Shown here: positions 1 to 9,964 of the stretch, piece after piece
Numbering within the stretch: the first letter of the stretch is position 1
How the letters are laid out: each line of letters begins with the position of its first letter
NCBI GenBank assembly: GCA_963719125.1
Contig: CAVRAT010000007.1
Span: 63,859-127,858, forward strand
Reading direction: 5' to 3'
DNA from: an uncultured Acidimicrobiaceae bacterium
Lineage (GTDB): Bacteria > Actinomycetota > Acidimicrobiia > Acidimicrobiales > Bog-793
DNA length: 64,000 nt
Notes under the pieces: model-generated
Told to the model about the DNA's origin: nothing
Database searches by the model: none
The model's input: only the letters and a program-made list of their open reading frames with translations
Made by a program: the position numbers and the translations under genes

Positions 1-275
1 CCGACCTCGCTTCCCTGGTGGATCGTGATGTGCTGCTCCCCGGCGGCGGCGCCCACGTCGGCCACGACGCTCACCCCGCTGCTCCCCGAGGTCGCCGATT
101 CCTCGAAATGAAACGAGCTCTCCCGCTTGGTCGCGGTGACCGCAGCCGCGATTATCTGCGCACCCGACTTCATCTGGACGCCATTGGACGCGGCGGGCCC
201 CCCTGGGGAGCCGCCGCAGCCGGCCGCGAACGCCATCGCGGCAGTCAACGTGACGAAGAGGGGGCGGGCACGCAT
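1..275 (-). CDS. Putative lipoprotein (partial, runs off the window edge; possibly LppX/LprAFG-like)
   Basis: Not in the ORF track. Manual translation gives MRARPLFVTLTAAMAFAAGC-GGSPGG...NGVQMKSGAQIIAAA with an AAGC lipobox. TAGCGT lies 6 nt upstream of the ATG (leaderless pattern). Confidence 0.75.
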   Translation of the reverse strand, partial: MRARPLFVTLTAAMAFAAGCGGSPGGPAASNGVQMKSGAQIIAAAVTATKRESSFHFEESATSGSSGVSVVADVGAAAGEQHITIHQGSEV

Positions 276-370
276 GGCTCGACGCTACCAGTGTGCGTCA
301 CAGCTACTGGTTGTGGTGCCCCGCCGGCTCGGCCGCTGCCCCGGGGCGCACAGCTGGTCTCGGGGCTCGT

Positions 371-1213
371 TCAGCCCACCTCGGCAACGCAGTGGTTCAC
401 ACAGCTGCCGATCCCCTCGATGGCGGTAGTGAGCACCTGGCCGGGCTGGAGGAACACCTGCGGGTCGCGCCCAGCCCCGACCCCCCCAGGGGTTCCGGTC
501 GAGATGAGGTCGCCCGGGCACAAGGTGGCGAACTGGCTGATGTAGCTCACGATCGCGGCCGGCCCGAACAAAAGGTCGGACGTGCGGCCGCGCTGCATCA
601 CGACACCATCAACCTCGCAGCGCACTTCGAGATCGGCAGCATCGCCGATCTCATCGCCGGTGACGAGAACCGGACCGACCGGAGTCGAGGCGTCGAAGGC
701 CTTGCCCTGCAAGAACTGCGTCGTCCTCCTCTGCCAGTCGCGCATCGAGATGTCGTTGACGACCGTGAAACCCGCGATCGCGTGGCGTGCCTCCTCGATC
801 GTCGCGCGCCGGATCTGACGGCCGATCACCACGCCCAGCTCCACCTCCCAGTCGACGGCGTTGCTCACCGACGGCAGGACGAGGTCATCGTGCGCCCCGA
901 TGAGACCGGAGGCGAACTTGGCGAACAGCGTCGGGTAGCCGGGCAGAGCCCTTGACATCTCGAGTATGTGGCCCCGGTAGTTCAGCCCGACGCAAAAGAT
1001 CTTCTCCGGATGCGGAACGAGCGGAGCAAACGACGCCTCGGCGACGACGATCTGTCCGGTCGACTCGAGATCCGCTATCGCATCCATGCGAGACTCCGGG
1101 TCAGTCGAGGCGAGCAGGGTGCCGACATCGCTGACCTTGAACAGGAGCAGGCGATCGCCTTCGAGCCGGGCGGCGCGGGTGCCGTCTGCGGTCCGGACGG
1201 TGGCGAGCTTCAT
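371..1213 (-). CDS. Fumarylacetoacetate hydrolase family protein
   Basis: Motifs KIFCVGLNYRGH, DWEVELGVVIG, NDISMRDWQ, GKAFD, GDLISTGTPGGVG. Confidence 0.95.
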   Translation of the reverse strand: MKLATVRTADGTRAARLEGDRLLLFKVSDVGTLLASTDPESRMDAIADLESTGQIVVAEASFAPLVPHPEKIFCVGLNYRGHILEMSRALPGYPTLFAKFASGLIGAHDDLVLPSVSNAVDWEVELGVVIGRQIRRATIEEARHAIAGFTVVNDISMRDWQRRTTQFLQGKAFDASTPVGPVLVTGDEIGDAADLEVRCEVDGVVMQRGRTSDLLFGPAAIVSYISQFATLCPGDLISTGTPGGVGAGRDPQVFLQPGQVLTTAIEGIGSCVNHCVAEVG

Positions 1214-1317
1214 GTCTCAGCTCCTTACGCGATCTGACAACGGCACGGCTGTGAGCCTAAAGCAGCGCCCGCACCTGCTCGCCGGGAGAGCACACGAACG
1301 AACCTCCCGCGCCGGTG

Positions 1318-2247
1318 CTACTCGCGCCGCAGGCACTCCACGACGAGCTGCGGCTCGGTCTTGGTCGCATGCTCCATCGAGACACCGCAACTCGGTGATG
1401 GCACCTCCCGGCCGACACGCACGTCTGCCCCCCAGACCACCCGCTCCCCGCTCGGGCCCTCGACGACAAGCTCGGTCCGGCCCTCCCCGAGCTCCGCGCC
1501 ACGCCTCGTCATGTCGAACAGCGGCCACCCGAGCTCATAGAGAACGGCACGCTCGAGCGCCTGCACCGCCGGCGAGGCCAGGCCCCCGCAGCCCCGGTAA
1601 CGCGGCAGGAGATCGTCCATCGGCCCGCTTCCCCGCACGACCCTGGTAAGCGCCGCCTTGTCGCAGAACGCCCATGCGCTGCCTTGCGGCAGGACCAGCG
1701 CCGTCGGCGCGAAACGGTGCCCGCCCGTGTGGCTCGTCCTCCACACCCTCACGCCGTCCCCGAGCTGGAGAGGATCCGCCAACAGCTCCTGGGCGAGCGC
1801 GGTCCCGAGCGATCCGCAGCATCGGTCGCGCCTGCCGTGAGTACAGACGAGAACGTCGGTGGTCCCGTCTGTAGTCGGCGGCTCGTGGAGGACCGCCAAC
1901 GCCGCCGCGACGACTTCGTCGGCGCCGACGGCAAGCTCGGCCCGCTCGAAGCGTGCACCTCCGGCGGCCGGCCACCGGTAGGCGATCACGTGGCTCGCCC
2001 CGCCCTCCTGAGCAGGTACCAATCCCTGCAGGCGCATCCCGGCACTCCGGGCACGTTCCCCCACGGGCGCGAGTGCCAGATCGTCCCCCAAGTCACGCGG
2101 CCAGGGCAGCGGCCATTCGACGAGCAGATAGCCTCGATAGCAGCCGGCCGTGCCGATCGGATCGAGATGCTGCTCGCGAGCCCAAGCTGCGCAGAGCGGA
2201 CCGGATCCGGAGCCAGCCGCGCTCTCTTGCCCGATGCCGGTGGTCAT
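1318..2247 (-). CDS. Sucrase/ferredoxin-like [2Fe-2S] protein (Apd1/Aim32 family)
   Basis: VLVCTHGRRDRCCG and SHTGGHRFAPT motifs. Start moved to ATG 2247, with TAGGGT 7 nt upstream. Confidence 0.9.
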   Translation of the reverse strand: MTTGIGQESAAGSGSGPLCAAWAREQHLDPIGTAGCYRGYLLVEWPLPWPRDLGDDLALAPVGERARSAGMRLQGLVPAQEGGASHVIAYRWPAAGGARFERAELAVGADEVVAAALAVLHEPPTTDGTTDVLVCTHGRRDRCCGSLGTALAQELLADPLQLGDGVRVWRTSHTGGHRFAPTALVLPQGSAWAFCDKAALTRVVRGSGPMDDLLPRYRGCGGLASPAVQALERAVLYELGWPLFDMTRRGAELGEGRTELVVEGPSGERVVWGADVRVGREVPSPSCGVSMEHATKTEPQLVVECLRRE

Positions 2248-2358
2248 GGGCGGGACCCTACCCGCGCTCGGACCGCGCCACGGCGCACGACGAGCGAACA
2301 TGACCCACCGTCCGGCACTGCTCGACGTGGCCCTCAGCTGATGGGAGGATTCCTGGCC

Positions 2359-3114
2359 ATGGCAGTCTTCCATCGCCGCCAGGTGCTGCAAGCCGCGGGG
2401 CTTGCCGGCCTCGCAGCGCTGCTCCCACCCGAGCTGCTGGCCGCTTGCAGCACGCCGTCCTCGCCCGCCGCCAGCGGAGCGAAAGGCCAGTCGTTCCTCG
2501 TACTGGACGCACACGAGGCCAAGGTCGTCGAGGAAGCAACGGCCCGGCTCATCCCAGGTCCGAACGAAGAGCCGTCGGAGGCGGGGCACCCCGGAGCACG
2601 CGAAGCCAACGTCACGCGGTACATCGACACCATGCTGGGCGCGCTCGAGCTCAGCCCGCCGAGAATCTTTGCCGGAGGACCGTTCAGCAACAGGGCTGGA
2701 TGGCCCATCGACGACATGGCGAAGTTCCTTGGCCTGACCCCTGCGCAGGTGAGCGGATGGACGTTACGCCTGGCAGGCTTTCGCGCCCGCTACCGCGAGG
2801 GCGTCAAGACGCTCGACAAGATGGCCGGCGGGGACTTCACCGCTGCCGGCCCCGAGAAGATGGACGAGATCCTCGCCCAAGACCCGGGCGGCTTCATGAC
2901 GCTGTTGTTCACGCACGCGATCGAGGGCATGTACTCCGCCCCCGAATACGGCGGCAACGCGGGGCTCGTCGGCTGGCACGAGATCTCCTGGCCCGGCGAT
3001 CGCCAGCCTCGCGGCTACAGCGACTCGGCGGTGAGCCTCTCCGACGGGCCGGACGTCTACGTGCCCACAGGCATCGGCGCGCAGCTGCTCCAGCTGCTGA
3101 GGACGTCACCTTGA
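2359..3114 (+). CDS. Gluconate 2-dehydrogenase subunit 3 family protein, Tat lipoprotein
   Basis: GGAGG RBS; HRRQVL twin-arginine signal with LAAC lipobox; RLIPG..PGAREANVTRYID and EGMYSAPEYGGN..GW..I.WPG motifs. Confidence 0.9.
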   Translation: MAVFHRRQVLQAAGLAGLAALLPPELLAACSTPSSPAASGAKGQSFLVLDAHEAKVVEEATARLIPGPNEEPSEAGHPGAREANVTRYIDTMLGALELSPPRIFAGGPFSNRAGWPIDDMAKFLGLTPAQVSGWTLRLAGFRARYREGVKTLDKMAGGDFTAAGPEKMDEILAQDPGGFMTLLFTHAIEGMYSAPEYGGNAGLVGWHEISWPGDRQPRGYSDSAVSLSDGPDVYVPTGIGAQLLQLLRTSP

Positions 3115-4808
3115 TAGCTCGGCGCGCCCTCGTTGTCGGCAGTGGGCCGGGCGGATCCGTCGCGGCGATGGTGCTCGCACGGGCCGGCTGGGACGTCACG
3201 ATCTTCGAGAAGGGCGCCAACTACTTCACTGATCTGAGCTCCGACCGCCCCGGCACCGTGTTCTCGAACGACGAGCTCAAGATGAGCCGCGCCTTCTCCC
3301 AACCCGACCCGAGCGCCGAACCGCGCGTGTTCCGCTCGTCGCCGCAGGCACAGCCGGTCACCGGTGCGGTGCAGTCCTCGCCCCAAACCGTCGGCGGAGG
3401 CACGGTTCACTGGGACGCGAAGACGCCGAGACTCTGGGACATCGACTTCAAGAAGCTCTCCATGCTCGGTCCCGTCCCGGGAGCAGACATCGCCGACTGG
3501 CCTTTCGACTACGCCGAGATCTCCCCCTACTACGAACAGATCGAAGAGCTCATCGGGGTCGCGGGCGACGTCGATCTCTTCCCGAAAGAGCCGACGCTCG
3601 CCCACGCGCCGCGCGCCAGGCCGCTCCCGATGGCGGCGGGCCCGCCCGAGTACTCGTCCCTACTCGTCTCCGAAGGCTGTAGCCACGTCGGGCTGCATCC
3701 GTTCCTCGCCCCTATGGCGATAAACAGCCGCACCTACCAGGGACGCCCGCGGTGCGACAACTGCGGGTTCTGCTCCGGTTACGGATGCCCGATCCTCGCC
3801 CGGGTGGGTGCGCTCGCGCCCTTGCGCGAGGCGCTGCGGTCCGGCGCGGAGCTGCGTGCCGGCGCGATGGTCGTCAAGATCGAAACGAACGCCCGCAAGG
3901 CGACCGCCGTTCGCTGGCTCGACAACGAGAACAAGCGGCACACCGAGTCCGGTGACCTCGTCGTGCTCGCGGCCAACGCCATCGAGACGGCCAGGCTGGC
4001 ACTGCTCTCCGGACTCCCCGACCCCTACGACCTCACCGGCCGCCGGGTCATGTTCCACTGGTTCTCCGAAGGCTCGGGCATCTTCTTGTCGGAACGGCTT
4101 CACAACTACCGCGGCCGTGACCACACCCACGACATAGACGATTTCGCGGACCCCGACTTCCCCGGTGCCAGGAAGGCCGCGAAAGCCGCCGGCCTACCGT
4201 ATTTCCGTGCCGGCAAGGTTGAGCTCGGTGGGACCCAGCTGCCGCTCGACGAGGCGAGCAGCTACCAGGAGGTCCTGCGCCTGCTCGCACCCCAGAAGCC
4301 CTTCGGGGCGGACTTCAAGAAGCTGATGCGCTCGAGCCTGCTGAGAGACCGGCTCTGCGGCATCGAGCTGATCGGCGAGGACCTCCCGTATGCGACCAAC
4401 CGCGTCGATCTCGACCCCGACGTGCGCGACTGGAGGGGGATCCCGGTGGCGCGCGTCACCTACGGCCCGGGTCCTTCGGAGATCGCCGCCCAGGCCTTCT
4501 ACATGCCCTGGCTGGTCAAGTTGCTGAAGGCGGCCGGTGCCGACGTGGCGATCGCGATTCCAGAGCTCCCCTCCTCCCGGTTCCCCATCGCGCAGGACCA
4601 GGTGCCGGCGACCGAGCACTTGATGGGGGGCATGCCGATGGGGAGAGACCCCAGGACCAGCGTCACTGACCCCGATGGACGCCACCATCACCTCGACAAC
4701 GTCTTCGTGGCTGACGGTGCGGTCTTTCCGACCTCGGGGGGGCACAACCCGACCCTCACGATCATGGCGACGGCGCTGCGTCAAGCGGCGACCTGGGCGA
4801 GCACCTGA
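3111..4808 (+). CDS. GMC family flavoprotein oxidoreductase with Cys-rich Fe-S motif
   Basis: VVGSGPGG FAD motif, VGGGTVHW, CDNCGFCSGYGCP, HLMGG..MG.DP..SV, FPTSGGHNPTLTI. TTG start overlaps the upstream stop (TTGA). Confidence 0.9.
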   Translation: MIARRALVVGSGPGGSVAAMVLARAGWDVTIFEKGANYFTDLSSDRPGTVFSNDELKMSRAFSQPDPSAEPRVFRSSPQAQPVTGAVQSSPQTVGGGTVHWDAKTPRLWDIDFKKLSMLGPVPGADIADWPFDYAEISPYYEQIEELIGVAGDVDLFPKEPTLAHAPRARPLPMAAGPPEYSSLLVSEGCSHVGLHPFLAPMAINSRTYQGRPRCDNCGFCSGYGCPILARVGALAPLREALRSGAELRAGAMVVKIETNARKATAVRWLDNENKRHTESGDLVVLAANAIETARLALLSGLPDPYDLTGRRVMFHWFSEGSGIFLSERLHNYRGRDHTHDIDDFADPDFPGARKAAKAAGLPYFRAGKVELGGTQLPLDEASSYQEVLRLLAPQKPFGADFKKLMRSSLLRDRLCGIELIGEDLPYATNRVDLDPDVRDWRGIPVARVTYGPGPSEIAAQAFYMPWLVKLLKAAGADVAIAIPELPSSRFPIAQDQVPATEHLMGGMPMGRDPRTSVTDPDGRHHHLDNVFVADGAVFPTSGGHNPTLTIMATALRQAATWAST

Positions 4809-4953
4809 GCCCGCGCGGGCCAGGTGGAGGGATCGACAAGTCGCCCCGAAGGCTCACAGCGCCTGCCTCGCCAGGGGCTGTCGTGAACGGCCGGGCCTAA
4901 ACTGAGGCTGACAGGTCTCTTGGAGGTGCGGCAATGGATCACACGACTTCGGG

Positions 4954-5766
4954 TTGTCTCATGGACCCGACCGCGACCTGGCACATGCCGACGCCCTTGA
5001 GGCACGAGAGTCGCAGCGCGTGAGCACAGACGGGCTGCTGGCGACTGATGACGCGCTGAGCCAGGACCTGCGGGGTCCCGACGCAGCTGACCTCGCCGCA
5101 GCCGCGCTCGAAATGGCGCGCCGGTTCGCCTCAGGCGCCACGCTCTGGTGCGCGGCACCTTCGTGGCCTTGGCATGCCCGCCATGTGGCCGTCGAGCTCG
5201 CCCGGCCCACGGAAAACGGCAAGCAAGCCCTTCCCGTCACCACGGTGCCGGATGGCCCGTTCTCCGAGATTCTGCGGCCGCTCGCGCGCGCGGGCGACAT
5301 GCTGCTCGTCATCTCGGGATCCGACGAGCCTTCGCTCGCCGATATCAGGCAACGGGCCCAGGCATGGGGTCTGCTCACCGTGTGGATCGGAGCGGGCCCC
5401 AGGCCGGAACCGGGCTCGGCCGATTACGTCTTGTGGACCGACGGCGACGAGACGGCCGCCTCGTACGGGGGGCGGTTCGCGCTTGTCGTCCACCTCCTCT
5501 CCGAATTCACACTGAGCTGCCTCGAGCATCCTCGCCTCCTCGCCCCGGAGCCGGCCGCGTGCACAAACGAGGTCTGCATCACTTGCTCGGACGAGGGTCG
5601 CCTCGGCGAGGTCGTGGCGATCGGGGCCGACGGGCGCGCCGAGGTCCGTACCCCGGACGGCCTCGAGGCGGTGGACACGACCCTGATCGAACCTGCCCGT
5701 CCAGGTGACCTCGTGCTGATCCACGCCGGCCTCGCGCTGGCGCTCGTCGACAGGTCGCCCAGATGA
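4954..5766 (+). CDS. SIS-like domain fused to C-terminal HypC/HupF-like domain (hydrogenase assembly protein)
   Basis: C-terminal CITCSDEG...VDTTLIEPARPGDLVLIHAG is HypC-like; N-terminal part is SIS-like (HARHVAVE, RAGDMLLVIS). Start uncertain. Confidence 0.8.
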   Translation: MSHGPDRDLAHADALEARESQRVSTDGLLATDDALSQDLRGPDAADLAAAALEMARRFASGATLWCAAPSWPWHARHVAVELARPTENGKQALPVTTVPDGPFSEILRPLARAGDMLLVISGSDEPSLADIRQRAQAWGLLTVWIGAGPRPEPGSADYVLWTDGDETAASYGGRFALVVHLLSEFTLSCLEHPRLLAPEPAACTNEVCITCSDEGRLGEVVAIGADGRAEVRTPDGLEAVDTTLIEPARPGDLVLIHAGLALALVDRSPR

Positions 5767-6479
5767 GCCGGGAAAACTCCGGTCTCCCCCATCAATTCGG
5801 CGATGGTGAGCGGGATCGCCGGGCGTTGCTGGCTGACCTGGCCGCGAGGGCCGAGGCTGAAGCCGAAGAGGCCAGCCGCCTGCGCCGCTCCAGCCTCGAA
5901 GCTCTCGGCAGTGAGCTCGAGCGGGCTGCGCGGGCGATTGCGCAACGCCTCAGCGCCGGCGCCTGCGTGTACAGCTTCGGAGACGGCGAGAGCTCGATTG
6001 ACGCCACTTGTGCGGCGGCATTGTTCAGCCGGTCCCGGGGCGCCTCACTGCCTGCCAGGAGTCTTGTCGCCGACCGGGCGGTGATTACCTCGGCCGGCGA
6101 CGATGCCGACCATGAGCTCGGCTTCTCCCGGCAACTGGCCGCTTCCGCGCGAGCCGGTGACATCGCGATCGGTTACTCGATAGGTCCGGAGGCGGACAAC
6201 GTCGTCGACGCCTTCGAGGAGGCCGGAAAACGCGGCCTTCTGACCGTCGGCTTCACCGGCTGCGCGGGCGGCCAGATGGCGACTCGCGGCGTGCTCGACC
6301 ACTGCTTCGCCGTGCCCTCGCGCGATCTGCACCGGATCCAGGAGGCCGTGATGGCACTCAGCTACGACCTCTGGGCGAGGGTGGAACAACTACCGACGCC
6401 TGACGGCGATCGACAAGCATTGAGCCAGCAGCAGACTGCCGCGGAGCAAGGACTGCTCGTAACAGAGGAGGCACGGTGA
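5763..6479 (+). CDS. SIS domain protein (GmhA phosphoheptose isomerase-like, divergent)
   Basis: FSRQLAASARAGDIAIGYS, GLLTVGFTG..GG, HRIQE motifs; the usual GNGGS motif reads GDGES. Confidence 0.8.
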   Translation: MSRENSGLPHQFGDGERDRRALLADLAARAEAEAEEASRLRRSSLEALGSELERAARAIAQRLSAGACVYSFGDGESSIDATCAAALFSRSRGASLPARSLVADRAVITSAGDDADHELGFSRQLAASARAGDIAIGYSIGPEADNVVDAFEEAGKRGLLTVGFTGCAGGQMATRGVLDHCFAVPSRDLHRIQEAVMALSYDLWARVEQLPTPDGDRQALSQQQTAAEQGLLVTEEAR

Positions 6480-7624
6480 GCGAGGAGGGCGAGGGCGTAG
6501 GCAGTTCGGAAACCACAGCGTCGCCACCCGCGCCAGCGGGTGGGGACCCGAGCGGGAGCGAAGCCGCCGTGCTCGAGCGCATCGAGGCCTTCCGGCGACG
6601 GCGGCCCCGGTTCCGGGATGACTTCGTCACCTTGGCGCACGGCGCCGGCGGCAAGGCATCGGCCGCGTTGATCGACGCCGTGTTCCTGGACGCCTTCGGG
6701 GGTCTCGAAAGGCCGCCGCTGACCGATGCCGCCCTCATCGCGCCCGGCCACGGTGAGATGCTGGCGTTCAGCACCGATTCGTTCGTTGTGAAGCCGCTGC
6801 GTTTCCCCGGCGGGTCGATTGGTCACCTCGCGGTCCACGGGACGGTCAATGACCTCGCCGTGATGGGAGCGCGGCCCCGCTGGCTGTCGGCGGCGTTCGT
6901 CATCGAGGAGGGCTTCGCGATAAGCGAGCTTCGCCGAGTCGTGGCCGACATGTCCGAGGCGGCCGCGGCGTCGGGCGTCACGATCGTGACCGGTGACACG
7001 AAGGTCGTCGGCCGAGGCGCCGCCGACGGGCTGTATGTGACCACGGCGGGCATCGGCGTAGTCCCTCCGGGACGCCGCGTCGGCGCCGATCTCGTCACGC
7101 GCGGCGATCGCGTTCTCATCTCCGGCACGATCGCCGATCACGGCATGGCGGTGATGCTGGCAAGAGGCGACCTGGCCCTCGAGGCAGAGCTCAAGTCCGA
7201 CACCGCCCCGATAAGCGGTCTTGTCGAGGTGTTGTTCGCTGCAGCCCCATCGACCCGTTGGATGCGGGACCCGACCCGCGGCGGTGTCGGGACCGTGTGC
7301 AACGAGCTTGCACACGACACCGGTCTCGCTGTCGTGCTGGACGAATCTGCCCTTCCGATCGATCCCGCCGTCGGCGGGGCCTGTGACCTGCTCGGGATCG
7401 ATCCCCTCTACGTTGCCAACGAAGGCAAGCTCCTGGCAGTCGTCGCCGCCAAGGAGGCCGACGCAGCCGTCGAGGCGTTGCGCGGCCATCCGCTCGGGGC
7501 CCACGCCATGCTGATCGGCGACATCCGCGCCGAGCCGCAGGGCATCGTCGTGCTGCGCACATCGTTCGGGGGAACCCGGATCGTCGACATGCTGGTCGGC
7601 GACCCGTTGCCGCGGATCTGCTAG
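6476..7624 (+). CDS. hypE: Hydrogenase expression/formation protein HypE
   Basis: LAHGAGG, FSTDSFVVKPLRFPGG, GTVNDLA, GDTKVV, MRDPTRGG, ANEG, C-terminal PRIC. Confidence 0.98.
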   Translation: MSEEGEGVGSSETTASPPAPAGGDPSGSEAAVLERIEAFRRRRPRFRDDFVTLAHGAGGKASAALIDAVFLDAFGGLERPPLTDAALIAPGHGEMLAFSTDSFVVKPLRFPGGSIGHLAVHGTVNDLAVMGARPRWLSAAFVIEEGFAISELRRVVADMSEAAAASGVTIVTGDTKVVGRGAADGLYVTTAGIGVVPPGRRVGADLVTRGDRVLISGTIADHGMAVMLARGDLALEAELKSDTAPISGLVEVLFAAAPSTRWMRDPTRGGVGTVCNELAHDTGLAVVLDESALPIDPAVGGACDLLGIDPLYVANEGKLLAVVAAKEADAAVEALRGHPLGAHAMLIGDIRAEPQGIVVLRTSFGGTRIVDMLVGDPLPRIC

Positions 7625-7630
7625 CGCTCG

Positions 7631-9943
7631 GTGAGCGAGTTGCCTCGGCTCACCCAGCGCCGGCGGGTGAGGGTCACCGGGACGGTGCAAGGCGTCGGTT
7701 TTCGGCCTTTCGTGTTCCGCCACGCCGTGTCCCTCGGCCTCGTCGGCTTCGTGCTGAACGACTCCTCAGGTGTACTGATCGAGGTCGAGGGCAAAAAAGC
7801 AGATGTGGCAGAGCTCTGCAGGCTGTTGAGGGAAGACCCGCCGCCGCTCGCCCGGGTCACGTCGGTCGACTGGGCCACGCTGCCCGCGGACGGGAGCTTC
7901 GACAGCTTCCGCATCGTCGAAAGCAGCGCTGATGAGGTCCCGAACGTGGCCGTCAGCGTCGACAGCGCCACGTGCGACGACTGCCTGTCCGAGGTGGACG
8001 ACCCTCACGACCGCCGGTACGGCTATCCCTTCACCAACTGCACGAACTGCGGGCCGCGCTACACGATCGTGCTCTCGGTCCCTTATGACCGGCCCGCCAC
8101 AACCATGGCCGGTTTCAAGATGTGCGCCGAGTGCCAGGCGGAATACGACGACCCGGCGAACAGGAGATTCCACGCGCAGCCGAACGCTTGTGGCAACTGC
8201 GGCCCGCAGATCTCCTTCTACGAGCCGGGCGGCCGTCTTCTGGCCGAAGCCGACGCGGCGCTCGACGCAGTGGCCGAAACGCTCTGCGCAGGCCGGATTG
8301 CCGCGGTAAAGGGCATCGGGGGCTATCACCTGGCCTGCGATGCGACCAGTCACGAGGCGGTGGCCGAACTGCGACGCCGCAAATCAAGAGACGACAAGCC
8401 GTTCGCCCTCATGGTGGCGGACCTCGAGGTGGCAAGGTCCTTGTGCGTGCTCGACCCCGACGCCGAGTCCGCCCTCTGCTCGGTCGCGCGCCCCATCGTG
8501 CTGGCCCGCAGAAGACCGGGCACGGCGGTCGCGCAGGGCGTGGCACCGGGAATGCCCGACCTTGGGCTGATGCTCCCCTACACGCCCCTGCACCACCTGC
8601 TCATGGCCAAGGTTGCACGACCGCTCGTACTGAGCAGCGGCAACCAATCCGACGACCCGATCGCGCAGACGGACGAGGACGCATTCGCCCGCCTCGGGCC
8701 GATGGTCGACGGCGTGCTGGCGCACGATCGCCGGATTCACGTCCGCTGCGACGATTCGGTCGTGCGGGCGTCAGGACGCCGCCTGCAAATGGTGCGGCGG
8801 TCCCGCGGCTATGCGCCGGAAGCCCTGCTTCTGCCACACGGGGCGTCCCGCCAAGTGCTTGCCGTGGGCGCAGAGCTCAAGAGCACGGTCTCGGTCGCCA
8901 AGGAGTCCCTCGTCGTGTGCAGCCAGCACATCGGCGACCTGGAGCACCTCGCCACCTATCAGGCCTTCCTGCAAGCGACTGTTCACCTGTGCCGGTTGTT
9001 CGGGATCGAACCGGAAGTCGTCGCCCATGATCTGCACCCCGAGTACCTCTCCACCAAGTACGCCCTCGACCTCGATCTCGAACCGTGGCCGGTGCAGCAC
9101 CACCACGCCCACATCGCCTCGTGCCTGGCCGAGCACGGGCACACCGGCACGGTACTCGGCATCGCCTTCGACGGCCTCGGCTACGGCACGGACGGGACGA
9201 TGTGGGGAGGCGAGTTCCTTATCGCCGACTTCTCCGGCTTCGAACGGGTCGCACACCTGCAGCCTGTCCCGATGCCGGGTGGTGCGGCCGCCGTTCGCGA
9301 GCCGTGGCGAATGGCGCTCGCCTGGGCGGCGCAAGCCGCGGGCCCGGACGCCGCCGCCCGGCTCGGCACCGGGCTCGACCCACGCTGGAGCCAGGTCCTA
9401 CCTCTCGCTGTTGGTGACGGAGGTCAGCGCCAGTCGATCGTCACCACGAGTGTCGGCCGGCTCTTCGACGCCGTCGCCGCACTGTTGGGCCTGCGCGCAC
9501 GGGTCACCTACGAAGGCCAGGCCGCGATCGAGCTTGAAGTCCTCGCGCGCTCGGTATCTCGGGCGTCGGCTCGGGCGTACCCGAGCGAGATAGCTGAGGC
9601 CGCCAGCCCCTGCGGTCCCGACGTGCTCGATCCGTCACCTTTGATCGCCACGGTGCTGGAGGAGGTGGAACAGGGGACCGACCGCGCCGTGATCGCAGCC
9701 GGGTTCCACGAGGGTCTCGGGCGCGCCACCGCCGCTTTGGCGGCACGCCTCTCCCGCAGGCACGGCCTCGACACGGTCGCCCTGAGTGGGGGCGTGTTCC
9801 AGAACGTGCGCTTCAGCGACATCGTCGAGGACGCTCTTATCGCCGAAGGGCTCACCGTTCTCACACACGAGTCGTTGCCACCCAACGACGGCGGCATAAG
9901 CGTCGGGCAAGCGGCGATCGCCGCCCTCGGCACGCGTCCTTAG
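7631..9943 (+). CDS. hypF: Carbamoyltransferase HypF
   Basis: Acylphosphatase VQGVGFRPF, zinc fingers (CDDC, FTNCTNCGPRY, CAEC, RRFHAQPNACGNCGP), KGIGGYHLAC, QHHHAH, PNDGGISVGQ. Confidence 0.98.
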   Translation: MSELPRLTQRRRVRVTGTVQGVGFRPFVFRHAVSLGLVGFVLNDSSGVLIEVEGKKADVAELCRLLREDPPPLARVTSVDWATLPADGSFDSFRIVESSADEVPNVAVSVDSATCDDCLSEVDDPHDRRYGYPFTNCTNCGPRYTIVLSVPYDRPATTMAGFKMCAECQAEYDDPANRRFHAQPNACGNCGPQISFYEPGGRLLAEADAALDAVAETLCAGRIAAVKGIGGYHLACDATSHEAVAELRRRKSRDDKPFALMVADLEVARSLCVLDPDAESALCSVARPIVLARRRPGTAVAQGVAPGMPDLGLMLPYTPLHHLLMAKVARPLVLSSGNQSDDPIAQTDEDAFARLGPMVDGVLAHDRRIHVRCDDSVVRASGRRLQMVRRSRGYAPEALLLPHGASRQVLAVGAELKSTVSVAKESLVVCSQHIGDLEHLATYQAFLQATVHLCRLFGIEPEVVAHDLHPEYLSTKYALDLDLEPWPVQHHHAHIASCLAEHGHTGTVLGIAFDGLGYGTDGTMWGGEFLIADFSGFERVAHLQPVPMPGGAAAVREPWRMALAWAAQAAGPDAAARLGTGLDPRWSQVLPLAVGDGGQRQSIVTTSVGRLFDAVAALLGLRARVTYEGQAAIELEVLARSVSRASARAYPSEIAEAASPCGPDVLDPSPLIATVLEEVEQGTDRAVIAAGFHEGLGRATAALAARLSRRHGLDTVALSGGVFQNVRFSDIVEDALIAEGLTVLTHESLPPNDGGISVGQAAIAALGTRP

Positions 9944-9964
9944 GGAACGGTCCCGGCTGCAGTA

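Noticed and set aside
6362-7723. Long antisense ORFs (e.g. 6362-7723, 13323-14414, 14911-16668, 20882-22267, 25893-27173 alternate frame)
   Set aside because: They overlap well-supported genes and are the expected shadow ORFs of high-GC codon usage.
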